Counted from the first letter of the stretch, positions 17,668 to 27,401 are shown. The stretch is 64,000 nucleotides of DNA from Dehalococcoidia bacterium (GCA_965197585.1 OZ240215.1:992001-1056000), one strand, 5' to 3'. Numbers and translations: made by a program. The notes: generated by a model not told the origin, from the sequence alone.

Positions 17668-18900
17668 CTATTGCAGAAACCGCCAGTCGTAGGCGGCGGT
17701 GGAGATGATTTCCGGTCCGTCGGCAGTGATGATCATCTGCTCCCCGAGCTTGGCCGCCTCCCGTGCCCCGACCTCGCCCACGTAGCATTCCAGGGTCACT
17801 ACCATGTTCTCTTCCAGTGCCCCCGGCTCGTGACCGAAGCCGTGGGGCCGCCAGTCGGGGTAGGCGATGGCGGGCCATTCGTCGGACATGCCTGCGCCGT
17901 GGGACATGACCGGGTAGCGTTGTGCCTTGTACTTTTCCGGGAACTGGTAGGACTTTTCGGATATCTCCTGGTAGGTCATGCCGGGCCGGAACAGGTCCAT
18001 CGACTGTTGGATGAACTCGTATCCTGTCTTGTATACGTCCATCTGCTCGGGAGTGGGGTTGCCATCGCCGCAGAGGTAGGTCCGGGACACGCAGAGGAAG
18101 TAGCCCATCGGCCCGGCCATGTCGATGTCAAAGCCGACAAGTTCCCCCGGCCTGACGAGCCTGCCCGAGGAGTCTTTGAACCACGGGTTCATGTTTCCGC
18201 CTGCGGCAAGAAGCTTGCCGTCGGTGTGCTCACCGCCATACTTGAGGTTCGTGCCTGCGAGTATCGACCAGAGCTCATCCTCCGTGACGCCGGGCTTAAT
18301 AGCCCGGCGGGTGTTGTCGATGGCTACGTCGGCGATGGCTGCGGCCTGGCGCATCAGGGTGAGCTCGTCGGGGGTCTTGATGGAGCGGGCTCTCTCGATT
18401 GCTTCCCAGCCGTCCGCGAGGCGGATGCCGTGACGTTTGGCGGCCTCGAAACCCGTGGTGTCCAGTTTGTCCAGCCCGATTCGCTCGGAGGCGATGCCAA
18501 GCTCTTCCAGGACGCTCTTCACGCCCGCGGCCCAGAGCTCGACGGCCTCGTCCATGTAGACGCCGCAGGGGAAGAAGTCCCAGACCTGTCCGGGCCTGAC
18601 GCGCAGCTCGTCGGTGTCCTGGGCGCTGGACATGTCGCCGAAAAGGACGGGCGCGCCCTCGCGGGGGATGAGGGCATAGCGCTGGAAGCGGCGCAGGTTG
18701 TAAGCGCCGGAGGATCGGGAGCCGGTGGCGTAGCGCACGTTGACGGGGTCGAACATGAGAATGCCGCCGAGGTCCAGTCGGGCCATTTCGCCCTGGAGCC
18801 GGGCGAGGCGGTCTCTTTTGAGCCTTGCAATGTCGACCCGCTCCTCGAAATCGACCATCTGCTGCCCTACGAGGTCCTTTTGATGCGCTGCCTTAGGCAT
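17668..18900 (-). CDS. M24 peptidase-fold protein, DddP-like subfamily
   Basis: DPVNVRYATG, LLAAGGNMNPWF, FDIDMAGPMGY, HGAGMSDEWP, LECYVG; GGAGG SD. Confidence 0.8.
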   Translation of the reverse strand: MPKAAHQKDLVGQQMVDFEERVDIARLKRDRLARLQGEMARLDLGGILMFDPVNVRYATGSRSSGAYNLRRFQRYALIPREGAPVLFGDMSSAQDTDELRVRPGQVWDFFPCGVYMDEAVELWAAGVKSVLEELGIASERIGLDKLDTTGFEAAKRHGIRLADGWEAIERARSIKTPDELTLMRQAAAIADVAIDNTRRAIKPGVTEDELWSILAGTNLKYGGEHTDGKLLAAGGNMNPWFKDSSGRLVRPGELVGFDIDMAGPMGYFLCVSRTYLCGDGNPTPEQMDVYKTGYEFIQQSMDLFRPGMTYQEISEKSYQFPEKYKAQRYPVMSHGAGMSDEWPAIAYPDWRPHGFGHEPGALEENMVVTLECYVGEVGAREAAKLGEQMIITADGPEIISTAAYDWRFLQ

Positions 18901-18922
18901 GGTGTACCTCCTTGGCTCGGGG

Positions 18923-20089
18923 CTAGGTGTTATATGCGCCTGCTTGCCATGACCAGGTCTTTCTCCAGTTCCTGGGCACGTGGCGTAATCGATCGAAGCG
19001 GAAGGCTGATATATCCACGGCGCACTCTCCGTCGACAATCAGCTCCTTGACGGCGAGGCCCGTGGCGGGAGAAAGGCCGAACCCGTTGCCCGACGCCGAT
19101 ACGATGACGAAACCCTCTGGGTCACTGAGCTTGTCGATGATGGGGATGCTGTCCGGGGTCTGCTCTACGACTCCCGCCCAGGAGCGGAGGACTCGGGTGT
19201 CCTCCAGAGCTGGGAAGAGCTCGGCGAGACGGCGGGAGATGTTGCGGACCAGGGGCGTGTTGGGCTTGGGGGGCGACTCCTGGAGGGCCACGTCTATCCA
19301 TTCGTGGGGGCCGCCGCCGAATACCAGGTTGCCCCGGAGCGTCTGCCGTCCGTAGAGGCCGTTACCGGCTATATATGTGCTGAATCTCGGCTCTAACGGC
19401 ACGGTGGCGATGATCTCCACGCGGCCGGGAGCGACAGGAATGTGAACCCCGACCATGTCGCCAATGAGCCCCGACTGAGGCCCTGCAGCGCTTACCACCA
19501 CGTCGGCGGATACGGTACCCCGGGTGGTCTGGACGCCCTGCACACGGCCCCCCGACACGTCGATGCCCGTGACTGCGGTGTCCTGGTATATGCGACCGCC
19601 CCGGTCCTGGCAGGCCCAGGCGTAGGCTTGCACAGCGCGCTGGGGGTTGGCGTGTCCGGCGTTGGGAAAATACATGCCGCCCAAGGCCTTGTCTGTAAGC
19701 TCAGGAACTAAGGACCGCATTTCTTCGGGGTCCAGGGCCCGGGCCTCGACCCCGTATTTGGGGGCGTTGATGGACATGGCCCTGACGAGGTCCATCTCCT
19801 CCTCCCACATGGCGACCTGAAGACGCCCCTCGTGGATGAACTCGGTGGGGTAGCCAAGCTCCTCGTGGAGGGTGATCCAGGTCTCTCGGGCGCGGGTGGC
19901 CATGGGGATGGCAAAGGGCTCATCGGCGCGGGGACTCATGCTCCCGCCGTTGCGCGCCGAGGCCTCCTCGCCTATCAGACCCTTCTCAAGCACGACGATG
20001 TTAACGCCCGCATTTGCAAGGAAGTAGGCGGAGCTGAGCCCGGAAACCCCGCCCCCGATAATCGCAACCTCGGCGCTGTCCAGCTTCAA
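18923..20089 (-). CDS. FAD-dependent amine/amino-acid oxidase subunit (HcnC/OoxB/SoxB-like)
   Basis: IIGGGVSG, EASARNGG, SWAG, GNGFGLSPATG; directly follows the upstream gene's stop. Confidence 0.85.
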   Translation of the reverse strand: MKLDSAEVAIIGGGVSGLSSAYFLANAGVNIVVLEKGLIGEEASARNGGSMSPRADEPFAIPMATRARETWITLHEELGYPTEFIHEGRLQVAMWEEEMDLVRAMSINAPKYGVEARALDPEEMRSLVPELTDKALGGMYFPNAGHANPQRAVQAYAWACQDRGGRIYQDTAVTGIDVSGGRVQGVQTTRGTVSADVVVSAAGPQSGLIGDMVGVHIPVAPGRVEIIATVPLEPRFSTYIAGNGLYGRQTLRGNLVFGGGPHEWIDVALQESPPKPNTPLVRNISRRLAELFPALEDTRVLRSWAGVVEQTPDSIPIIDKLSDPEGFVIVSASGNGFGLSPATGLAVKELIVDGECAVDISAFRFDRLRHVPRNWRKTWSWQAGAYNT

Positions 20090-21586
20090 CTAGCCGCCAC
20101 CATTCGGGGATTCAAGCTTGATAGTGGGCCGTTTGAACCACTTAGGCCAGTCGTCACGGGTCTCTTCGGTTTCGTCGGTGGCCCACATAGACCGGAGGGG
20201 TAGGGGACGGGCGGGGGTGCGGTAAGTTGCTATCGGCACATCTGAGGCGTCGACGCCCGCGGCCTGGGCAGAAATGAGAGCGACCTCCTCGCGGCAGCAT
20301 CGGCCTTGGCAGTAGCCCATACCGGCCCTCGTAAGGCGCTTCAACCTGTCGAGGTTTACGGGGGCTTCTTCGAATAATGTGGCCAAACCTCTGTTCCCCA
20401 TGCGCCTCAAAGGCCAGCCGAGATATCGTGGCGGTGACACAGCCAGGAGGTCGGCCCTGCTCACCTCCTCGCAGAGGCAGACGGTTACGTCTTCGGTGCC
20501 TCTGCTGGAAAGGGAGGAACGCCAGGACTGCCAATATTGGACGACGGGTATAGATCCGGTTTGAGCCTCGGGCGTGAGTGTCTCGGCGTACGCGTCAATT
20601 ATTCCCGCTGCCGACATCCCGGCCCGTACACCTTGCCTTTCGGCGAGACTAGTGCCTGAGCTATTTACCTCAGCGATGCCGCAAACGTCCCCCGCCCCGA
20701 AGACACCCTCAATGCTGGTCTGCATGTTGGAGTCGAAGACCGGGATGTATCCACCGAGGTGGGAGTCGAATCGTAGGTCGCAGCCGGTAAGATAGGGGAG
20801 ATCAACGGAGGGGACGAGGCCAATGGCGAGGCAAACCGTGTCACAGAGGATTTCGTGGGTTCCGGATGGTGAAGATAAGACCAGGGCCTCGACCTCTCTT
20901 TGGCCGCGGGCCTCGACTACGGAGTGGGAAGTATAGAAGGGGACGCCGCGTGCCTTAAGGTCGTCGGCGAGGGCACCTGGAGAGCGGAGCTCGGGGCCCG
21001 GTTCTACGATGGCTGCCACCTCAATGCCGTGGTCAAGGGCGAGGGCAGCGCTCGCGAGGGCGAGGTCTCCAGACCCGAGAATCGCCACCCTGGTTCCGCT
21101 GAAAGCCTGGTACTTCTTAATAAGGGCGCACATGCCTTGCGCACCAACTACACCTACGAGATCGCGGCCGGGAAAGCTCAGCGACAGGTCTCGGGCGCCG
21201 GTTGCGAGGACCAGCCGGTCGTATTCGAGCATCCACGTTTCGCGGTCGTTGCCAAGGCCCAGGACGGGCTGCATTACGTGACGGCTGTTCTGCCGGTCTC
21301 TGAAGCTGCCCCAGACGTAGACGCCGGGCTGGACGTCGACTCCCGCCTCCTGGGCGCGGGCGATACCGGGGTTGGCAGCGACGGCACGCTGCAGCATGAG
21401 GCCCGGGTCCCGGACGGTGGGGGTCATACGCTGGCCGAAGAGGTAAGGAATGTCGAGCCCCATCATCGAGGAGTCGATAGGGTGCTCGTCAATGAGGCTC
21501 ACCTTGGCCCCGGCCTCCGAGGCTGCAAGGGCCGCAGCAATGCCCGCGAGCCCCGCACCAACCACGACCACGTGGGGATCAGACAT
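20090..21586 (-). CDS. FAD/NAD(P) oxidoreductase with C-terminal BFD-like Fe-S motif (HcnB/OoxA-like)
   Basis: VVGAGLAG, LATGARD, AGD, VCLCEEV...KRLTRAGMGYCQGRCC. Confidence 0.85.
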   Translation of the reverse strand: MSDPHVVVVGAGLAGIAAALAASEAGAKVSLIDEHPIDSSMMGLDIPYLFGQRMTPTVRDPGLMLQRAVAANPGIARAQEAGVDVQPGVYVWGSFRDRQNSRHVMQPVLGLGNDRETWMLEYDRLVLATGARDLSLSFPGRDLVGVVGAQGMCALIKKYQAFSGTRVAILGSGDLALASAALALDHGIEVAAIVEPGPELRSPGALADDLKARGVPFYTSHSVVEARGQREVEALVLSSPSGTHEILCDTVCLAIGLVPSVDLPYLTGCDLRFDSHLGGYIPVFDSNMQTSIEGVFGAGDVCGIAEVNSSGTSLAERQGVRAGMSAAGIIDAYAETLTPEAQTGSIPVVQYWQSWRSSLSSRGTEDVTVCLCEEVSRADLLAVSPPRYLGWPLRRMGNRGLATLFEEAPVNLDRLKRLTRAGMGYCQGRCCREEVALISAQAAGVDASDVPIATYRTPARPLPLRSMWATDETEETRDDWPKWFKRPTIKLESPNGGG

Positions 21587-21625
21587 ATCGCATCCTGCCA
21601 GACCTGATATAGGAAACGCCGGGTA

Positions 21626-21654
21626 ATGGTAGGACGGGGGTGGGGTGGGGTCAA
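21626..21654 (-). promoter_or_regulatory. Sigma70-like promoter with C-run spacer
   Basis: TTGACC-CCACCCCACCCCCGTCC(17)-TACCAT upstream of ATG 21586. Confidence 0.55.
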
Positions 21655-21665
21655 GGGGGAGGGAA

Positions 21666-24128
21666 TTAGGTTAGCACACCGGCAGCAGCGACTTCGGCTA
21701 TCTCTTCGTCGGTCATTTCCAGGATGTTCTTGAGGACGTGTTCGTTGTGCTGCCCTAGCTGCGGTGAAGGTTTTTTGTAGAAGGCAGGAGTGTCGGAGGC
21801 GATGAACTCCGTACCGTCGAAGGGGTAGAGGCCCATTTCCGGGTGGTCCATGTAGATGTAGTGGCCTCTGTGTGCGAGCTGTTTGTCGGAGAAGAGGTTC
21901 TCGCAGCTGTTGACTGCACCCGCCGGTACGCCGGCCTGCTGAAGAGTCTCCATCAGGGTTACGGGGTCGAAACTGCGGCTCCAGCCGGAGATGTGCCGGT
22001 CAAGCTCGTCTTCACGTGCCTTACGGCCTGCAAGGGTGTCGAACCTCGAGTCCACTGCCCACGTCGGACTACCCATCACCGAGACCAACACCTTCCACTG
22101 CTCATCTGTCTCCACAGCTATGGCGCACCAGGTGTCGGGTTCGCTGCAAGGGTAGACGGCGTGGGGGGCGGCGGTGGGGGAACGGTTCCCATCCCGTTGC
22201 TGCTCGCGCCCGTTTGCCGAGTAGTCGAGAAGGGCCGGGGCCAGGATCTGGAGTGCGCCCTCAAGCTGCGAGAGATCCAGGTACTGCCCGTGCCCCGTGC
22301 GCTCCCGGTAGTCCAGGGCTGCAATGAGAGCGGAAGCGCCGAACCTGGCAAGAAAGAAGTCGGTGTAAGCGCCGTAGGGTGGCACGGGAGTGCGGTCGGG
22401 CCAGCCGCAGTGGTGAACGAACCCGGCAAGGGAGCCGAGCATTGGGCCGAAGCCTGCTTGGCTATCGTAAGGCCCCCCTCTCCCGAGCATGGAGGCGCTG
22501 TACATGACGATGCCGGGGTTTATCTTCTTGAGGTCTTGGTAGCCAAGCCCATAGCGTTCCAGAGTGCCGGGGGAGAAGTTCTCGGTGACGACGTCGGCCC
22601 AGCGGACTAGTCGATGAATAACACTTTTGGCTTCCGGATTCGAGAAATCTACGCTTATTCCGAATTTGTTGGAGTTGTAGTTGGCGAAGTAGCCGCTCCT
22701 GTTTATTCCCCACTCCCCATCTGCGAAGGGAGATGCCGTTCGAAGCACTTCGACTCGGCGGAGCGATTCCACTCTAACCACCGTTGCGCCATGGTCGGCG
22801 AGATAGCGGGTTGTGAGAGGCCCGACGGCAACCCAGCAGAAATCCAGCACTTTCAGCCCTTCGAAGGGGCGGGTCTTGGTTGTTTGCTGGAAGCGCCGTT
22901 CCCCTCTTGGGTGGGTGTCATTACCAAGGATTTCTTTATTATGCTCACCGAGATAGGGGGCGCGGCCTCTCGGGCCCAGGGAGGAGGCGGAGGACTTTAT
23001 GAAGGAGCCGGGGTAGCGGAAGGAGCGCCCTTCTTTCGCGTGATCTATATCGGTGAAGAAATTGCGGGCGGCGAGCTGAGGGTCGGAAAAAGCGTCGTCA
23101 GCGTTGCCCACGGGGAACATGAGGATGCCGCGATCAGATGCGCCCTGGTAGAGTTCCCGCTTCGTGTGAGTTAAAAAGAATGCAGCCATTGCGCCCTCGA
23201 CGCTCTCGAGTACCTCTTCGGACAGCTTTCCCGCGTCGACTTCCCGCCAGTCTGCCGGGGCTTCGGGGATGGGCCTAAATCCCTCGCTAGCCATCCACCG
23301 GAAGAGAGAATTCGTGCGCTCTCCGAGTACGCCGCCCATTACGAAATAGGATACGAAGCCGTCCTTGGCGGGCCAGGTGGTCCGCAGCTGTCGCTCACCC
23401 CCCATGCCCCGGTAACTGCCTCGACGGACCACATTAATGTGGTTGAGGCCCCAGGTTGCGGGAGCCTCCGAGAGGACGCGGGCCACGGCTTGCTGACCTG
23501 AAACGTCGACGTGCTGCCCCTTGCCGGTGGCGAGCCTGTGGTAGTGAGCGACCATTGCACCGATCGCTCCTGATGCCCCAGTCAATGGGCCAAACTGGGG
23601 CTGGGTCACCCGCAGAGGCGGCCTGTCGGGGTCTCCGGTGAGGAAGGTGAGGCCGCCGAGGGCCATGCCGACAAGGTCGGGGCCCAAGAACCGGGAATAG
23701 GGACCCGTCTGGCCGAAAGGAGTCATGGAGACCATGACGAGGGACGGATTTATTTGCCGCAGGTCTTGATATCCGAGGCCGAGGCTGTCCATATAGCCCG
23801 GGGCAAAGCCTTCGAGCAGGAAGTCGGCGTCTGAGGTGAGGTCTTTCAGCTTTGCCGCGCCCAACTCGGACGTGATGTCCAATGTGACGCTGCGCTTTCC
23901 GGCGGCGAAGGCCCACCAGACCAGACTGCGCTCGGGGTGCGGGTCGTCTTTGTAGAAGGGGCCGAGCCTGCGAACGGTATTGCCGTCCGGGGGCTCGATG
24001 GCGATGACCTCGGCACCGAGATCGGAGAGTATTTTGCCGGCAAGGATGCCATTTTCGCCGGCTAGATCGAGGACTCGGTAGGGGGATAAAAGGCCGGAGC
24101 CTTGGTTTTCGGGCGGGGGTGTGGGCAC
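21666..24128 (-). CDS. Tandem-fused family III CoA-transferase (two CaiB/BaiF domains)
   Basis: Two repeats of VLD..G..L.DxGA.V..xE and KRS/NK.G motifs; 820 aa. Confidence 0.9.
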   Translation of the reverse strand: MPTPPPENQGSGLLSPYRVLDLAGENGILAGKILSDLGAEVIAIEPPDGNTVRRLGPFYKDDPHPERSLVWWAFAAGKRSVTLDITSELGAAKLKDLTSDADFLLEGFAPGYMDSLGLGYQDLRQINPSLVMVSMTPFGQTGPYSRFLGPDLVGMALGGLTFLTGDPDRPPLRVTQPQFGPLTGASGAIGAMVAHYHRLATGKGQHVDVSGQQAVARVLSEAPATWGLNHINVVRRGSYRGMGGERQLRTTWPAKDGFVSYFVMGGVLGERTNSLFRWMASEGFRPIPEAPADWREVDAGKLSEEVLESVEGAMAAFFLTHTKRELYQGASDRGILMFPVGNADDAFSDPQLAARNFFTDIDHAKEGRSFRYPGSFIKSSASSLGPRGRAPYLGEHNKEILGNDTHPRGERRFQQTTKTRPFEGLKVLDFCWVAVGPLTTRYLADHGATVVRVESLRRVEVLRTASPFADGEWGINRSGYFANYNSNKFGISVDFSNPEAKSVIHRLVRWADVVTENFSPGTLERYGLGYQDLKKINPGIVMYSASMLGRGGPYDSQAGFGPMLGSLAGFVHHCGWPDRTPVPPYGAYTDFFLARFGASALIAALDYRERTGHGQYLDLSQLEGALQILAPALLDYSANGREQQRDGNRSPTAAPHAVYPCSEPDTWCAIAVETDEQWKVLVSVMGSPTWAVDSRFDTLAGRKAREDELDRHISGWSRSFDPVTLMETLQQAGVPAGAVNSCENLFSDKQLAHRGHYIYMDHPEMGLYPFDGTEFIASDTPAFYKKPSPQLGQHNEHVLKNILEMTDEEIAEVAAAGVLT

Positions 24129-24150
24129 GGTTTCCGCCGCCTCCTGCCGG

Positions 24151-25254
24151 TTAGAGGCCCAGGGCGTTGCCGAGCTTGCGCTTGTGGTCCTTAGGGTCGC
24201 CGAGGTAGCCGTAGAGGGTCCGGGACATCTGGGAGTGAAGCGTAAGTCCGTAGCCCTTGTCGATGCCTATGCCGGCCAAAACCTCGTGGGCGGCATCGCA
24301 GGCCTTTACATAAGCCTCAGATGTGACGGCTTTGGCCATGTGTATCGAGGTCTCGGCGTCCCGGCCCGTGTCCAGCTTCCATAGGGCCTCGTAGGTGGTC
24401 CAACGGGCGGCGTCCAGGTGGTTGACCAGGCGGACTATGTGGTCCTGCACCCTCTGAAATCTGCCTATGGGTCTGCCGAATTGCACCCGGGTGCGGCTGT
24501 GGTCTACTGCCATATCAAAGACGGTCTGCATTCCGCCAACCTGGTAGGCGCACAATATGGGAAGGGCCTTCAATACAGCCCGCTCGAGTGCAGACCAGCC
24601 TTCGCCCAGCAACGCCGACGCGGGGACTTCCACATTGTCGAAGGTGACCTCGTTCATGGAGGTCATGAAACCGTCCAACGCCCGAACGGCGACGCCCGTG
24701 GCCCGGGCATCTATGATTGCGAGAGATACATATCCGCCATTTCGAACGGTACAGAGAAGGTGTGTGGCAGACTGTGCGTCCTGCACAAATAGTTTGGTCC
24801 CGTAGAGGTTGTGCGAACCGTTATTCGAAGTGAGCGACATACCGACGGACTCGGGGGTCCAGCCGTAGTCGGGTTCGGTGACGGCGAGGCCAACGGCATA
24901 GTCCCCGGCAGCGATCTTGGGGAGAATCTCGCTCTTCTGCTCTTCCGTTCCTGCCTCGGCGATAGTTAGAGCGGCTAGGACGCCGGACGAGAAGAAGGGC
25001 CCGGTCACGGGCCCGCGGCCAAGCTCTTCGAAGACGACGGCGGCGTCGGTGAAAGAATTGCCTGAGCCGCCGTATTCGACGGGGATGAGCATGCCGAGCC
25101 AGCCCATGTCTCGGGCGCGGGCCCAGAGCTCGGGGGTGATTTCTCGGTGGGTGTCTTCAAGCTCGATGAGGGTCTCTTTGGGAAACTCCCGCTGTACGAA
25201 GTCCCGGGTAACCCTTCGGAGAAGTTCCTGCTCTTCGGTGAGGGATAGGTCCAT
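24151..25254 (-). CDS. Acyl-CoA dehydrogenase (short, beta-type subunit)
   Basis: GWLGMLIPVEYGG, RVQFGRPIGRFQRVQ, AHEVLAGIG. Confidence 0.88.
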   Translation of the reverse strand: MDLSLTEEQELLRRVTRDFVQREFPKETLIELEDTHREITPELWARARDMGWLGMLIPVEYGGSGNSFTDAAVVFEELGRGPVTGPFFSSGVLAALTIAEAGTEEQKSEILPKIAAGDYAVGLAVTEPDYGWTPESVGMSLTSNNGSHNLYGTKLFVQDAQSATHLLCTVRNGGYVSLAIIDARATGVAVRALDGFMTSMNEVTFDNVEVPASALLGEGWSALERAVLKALPILCAYQVGGMQTVFDMAVDHSRTRVQFGRPIGRFQRVQDHIVRLVNHLDAARWTTYEALWKLDTGRDAETSIHMAKAVTSEAYVKACDAAHEVLAGIGIDKGYGLTLHSQMSRTLYGYLGDPKDHKRKLGNALGL

Positions 25255-25284
25255 CTGGAATCCAGGCGCTAGGAGTCCAGCCCG

Positions 25285-26517
25285 TCAGGCCAGGGCCCCG
25301 GCCTTCTCCTTGACGGACCTGCCGATGCCGATTCGACGTGACATAATGACGCGTTGGATGTCGGCGGTTCCGGCGGGGTGCAGGTTGGCGATAGAGTTTC
25401 GCTGGTCGAGCTCTATGGCGGTCTTCAGAATGGCCCAGCGGTCATCCTTGACGAGGGCGTAAGGGCCAAGGATATCCAGGATAGTCTCAGCATTTTCCAG
25501 ACCGGCGATTTTATCGTAATAGGAAAGCTGGGAGCCTTCATAAGAGCGAGGTTGTTTGGCGTTGGCAAGCCAGAAGTTGCGCACCCCGAACAGGCGAACG
25601 ATCTCTGAGCGTATGTATATGTCAGCGATACGGAGGCGTATTTCGGGGTCGGCGTTAAGGGGTTTGCCGCCGCGTCGGGTCTCCTTGCAATACTCGATGA
25701 ACCGGTCGACGAGGGTATTGCGCTGGACTGCGCCTCCACCCCCGTGTTCCAGCTCAAGGTGAGTGGTTGCGACCTGCCAGCCGTTGTTCTCACCGCCGAC
25801 GAGGTTGAAGGCCGGGACCCGTACGTCCTCGAAGTGGATAGTATTTTTCCTGCCGGTGCCGGCCCCGCCTTCGTTTCCGGTGCCCAGCAGGTCCATGGGT
25901 AGAATCGAAACACCGGGAGCATCCATTGGGATGATGAACCAGGAGAGGTTTTCGTGGCGCGGGGCTTCGGGATTGGTCTCGCAGAGGACCCAGGCCTGCT
26001 CTGCCCCGTGGTCGCTGCCGACGAAAATCTTCCCGCCGTTGATGACATACTCGTCGCCGACTCTGGTGGCGTTGGTCTTGACACCAGCGAGGTCGGATCC
26101 GGCTTCGGGCTCGGTGAGGAGCTGCCAGGTGCGGACTTCACCCTTGAAGATGGGTGGAAGGAAGTGGGCCTTCTGCTCCTCGCTGCCCCAGACAAGTATG
26201 GATGCGCCTCCGAGCTGGCCGCCGCTGTCGTAATAGGGTGGAAGGGTTAGTCCGGCGCTCCCAAGCTCCTCTTCGATGATAATGGCGTGGTCGATGCTCA
26301 GGCCCCCGCCGCCGTACTGAGTCGGGGATGTGGGCCAGAGCCACCCCTTCTGCCCGAGAGCCCGGCCTATCCTGCGCCGCTTCTGGTACTGGTCGTAGGA
26401 GAGGTCATGGGAGTCGACGGGGAACTCCAGTTCGTCGAGCCCGGAACTCTCCAGAAGAGAGCGGACTTCTTTGCGGAAGGCTTCCTGCTCGGGGGTATAT
26501 TCAAGCTCGAAGTTCAT
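25285..26517 (-). CDS. Acyl-CoA dehydrogenase
   Basis: LTEPEAGSDLA, INGGKIF, GGENNGWQVA, GTADIQR. Confidence 0.9.
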   Translation of the reverse strand: MNFELEYTPEQEAFRKEVRSLLESSGLDELEFPVDSHDLSYDQYQKRRRIGRALGQKGWLWPTSPTQYGGGGLSIDHAIIIEEELGSAGLTLPPYYDSGGQLGGASILVWGSEEQKAHFLPPIFKGEVRTWQLLTEPEAGSDLAGVKTNATRVGDEYVINGGKIFVGSDHGAEQAWVLCETNPEAPRHENLSWFIIPMDAPGVSILPMDLLGTGNEGGAGTGRKNTIHFEDVRVPAFNLVGGENNGWQVATTHLELEHGGGGAVQRNTLVDRFIEYCKETRRGGKPLNADPEIRLRIADIYIRSEIVRLFGVRNFWLANAKQPRSYEGSQLSYYDKIAGLENAETILDILGPYALVKDDRWAILKTAIELDQRNSIANLHPAGTADIQRVIMSRRIGIGRSVKEKAGALA

Positions 26518-26609
26518 GGCTGGACTAGCCGGTATTATTGGGGGTGGGGGGTGGGGGTGTCAATTAGGGGAGTATAATTGCATGTCCATTCATCAGGATA
26601 GAAGGTGTA

Positions 26610-27380
26610 ATGATTAAGGCATTTTGGCTCTTGGGTATTTTAGCTCTGCTGTTGGGGATTGTATTAACCGGTTGCGAATCGGATGCGCAGCGCATACGGG
26701 CTACGAACGAGGCTCTTGACCCTCCCGTCGCCACAAATACTCCCGTACCAAGACCTACGGCCACAAGTACACCGTTAGTAGCCGAGATACATTCATTAGA
26801 CCTTCAAGATGGAGACTGCATAAATTCCACACTTCCCGAGGGCATCGATGTAGAGTCAGTGGATATTGTTACCTGTGATGAGCCTTGGCAGTACCGAGTC
26901 CTCAATACCATTGAGGTTGCGCGGTCAGGTAGTTACCCAGGAGAAGAGGTCTTCACTCGAGAGGCTCTTGCCAATTGTGACAAACGATCCATCTGGTGGC
27001 TATACCCAACCAGGGAGTCTTGGAACCAAGGTGATAGAGTGGTCAGTTGTCTTCAAGAAAGCTTTGGGTTGTCCACCAGTGATCCAGCTAAGCTAGACCG
27101 GATGGTTGGGTATCAGGCATTGCGCGCTGGGGAGTGCTATAACGATGTTCCTGAATCAGACTATTTCTTAGCCGAGGTAGTAAGCTGTTCGGGTGAGTGG
27201 GAGTACCGCGTTACCAACCGGTTTGAAATTACACGCTCTGGCTCTTTCCCAGGTGAAGACTTCATTGATCAAGAAGCCTATGAGCGCTGTGAAGAGCCGT
27301 ATGACTTTTATCTGTTCCCCAGTTCCGAAACCTGGACATACGGGGATCGGGTGGTGCTGTGTATCGAAGAGGGATCCTAG
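26610..27380 (+). CDS. Lipoprotein with two Cys-rich septum-formation-like domains
   Basis: Lipobox LTGC, PT-rich linker, two repeats of GxC...V.C...W.YRV...PGE...C...P..E.W..GDRVV.C. Confidence 0.75.
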   Translation: MIKAFWLLGILALLLGIVLTGCESDAQRIRATNEALDPPVATNTPVPRPTATSTPLVAEIHSLDLQDGDCINSTLPEGIDVESVDIVTCDEPWQYRVLNTIEVARSGSYPGEEVFTREALANCDKRSIWWLYPTRESWNQGDRVVSCLQESFGLSTSDPAKLDRMVGYQALRAGECYNDVPESDYFLAEVVSCSGEWEYRVTNRFEITRSGSFPGEDFIDQEAYERCEEPYDFYLFPSSETWTYGDRVVLCIEEGS

Positions 27381-27401
27381 TGTCTGAATCTCAGGGATAA
27401 T

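Noticed and set aside
17671-19050. Long antisense ORFs (also 3471-4568, 8700-9626, 10323-11462, 15691-16959, 31385-32638, 62741-63772)
   Set aside because: They are shadows of well-supported genes on the opposite strand, expected from high-GC codon bias, and contain no motifs.
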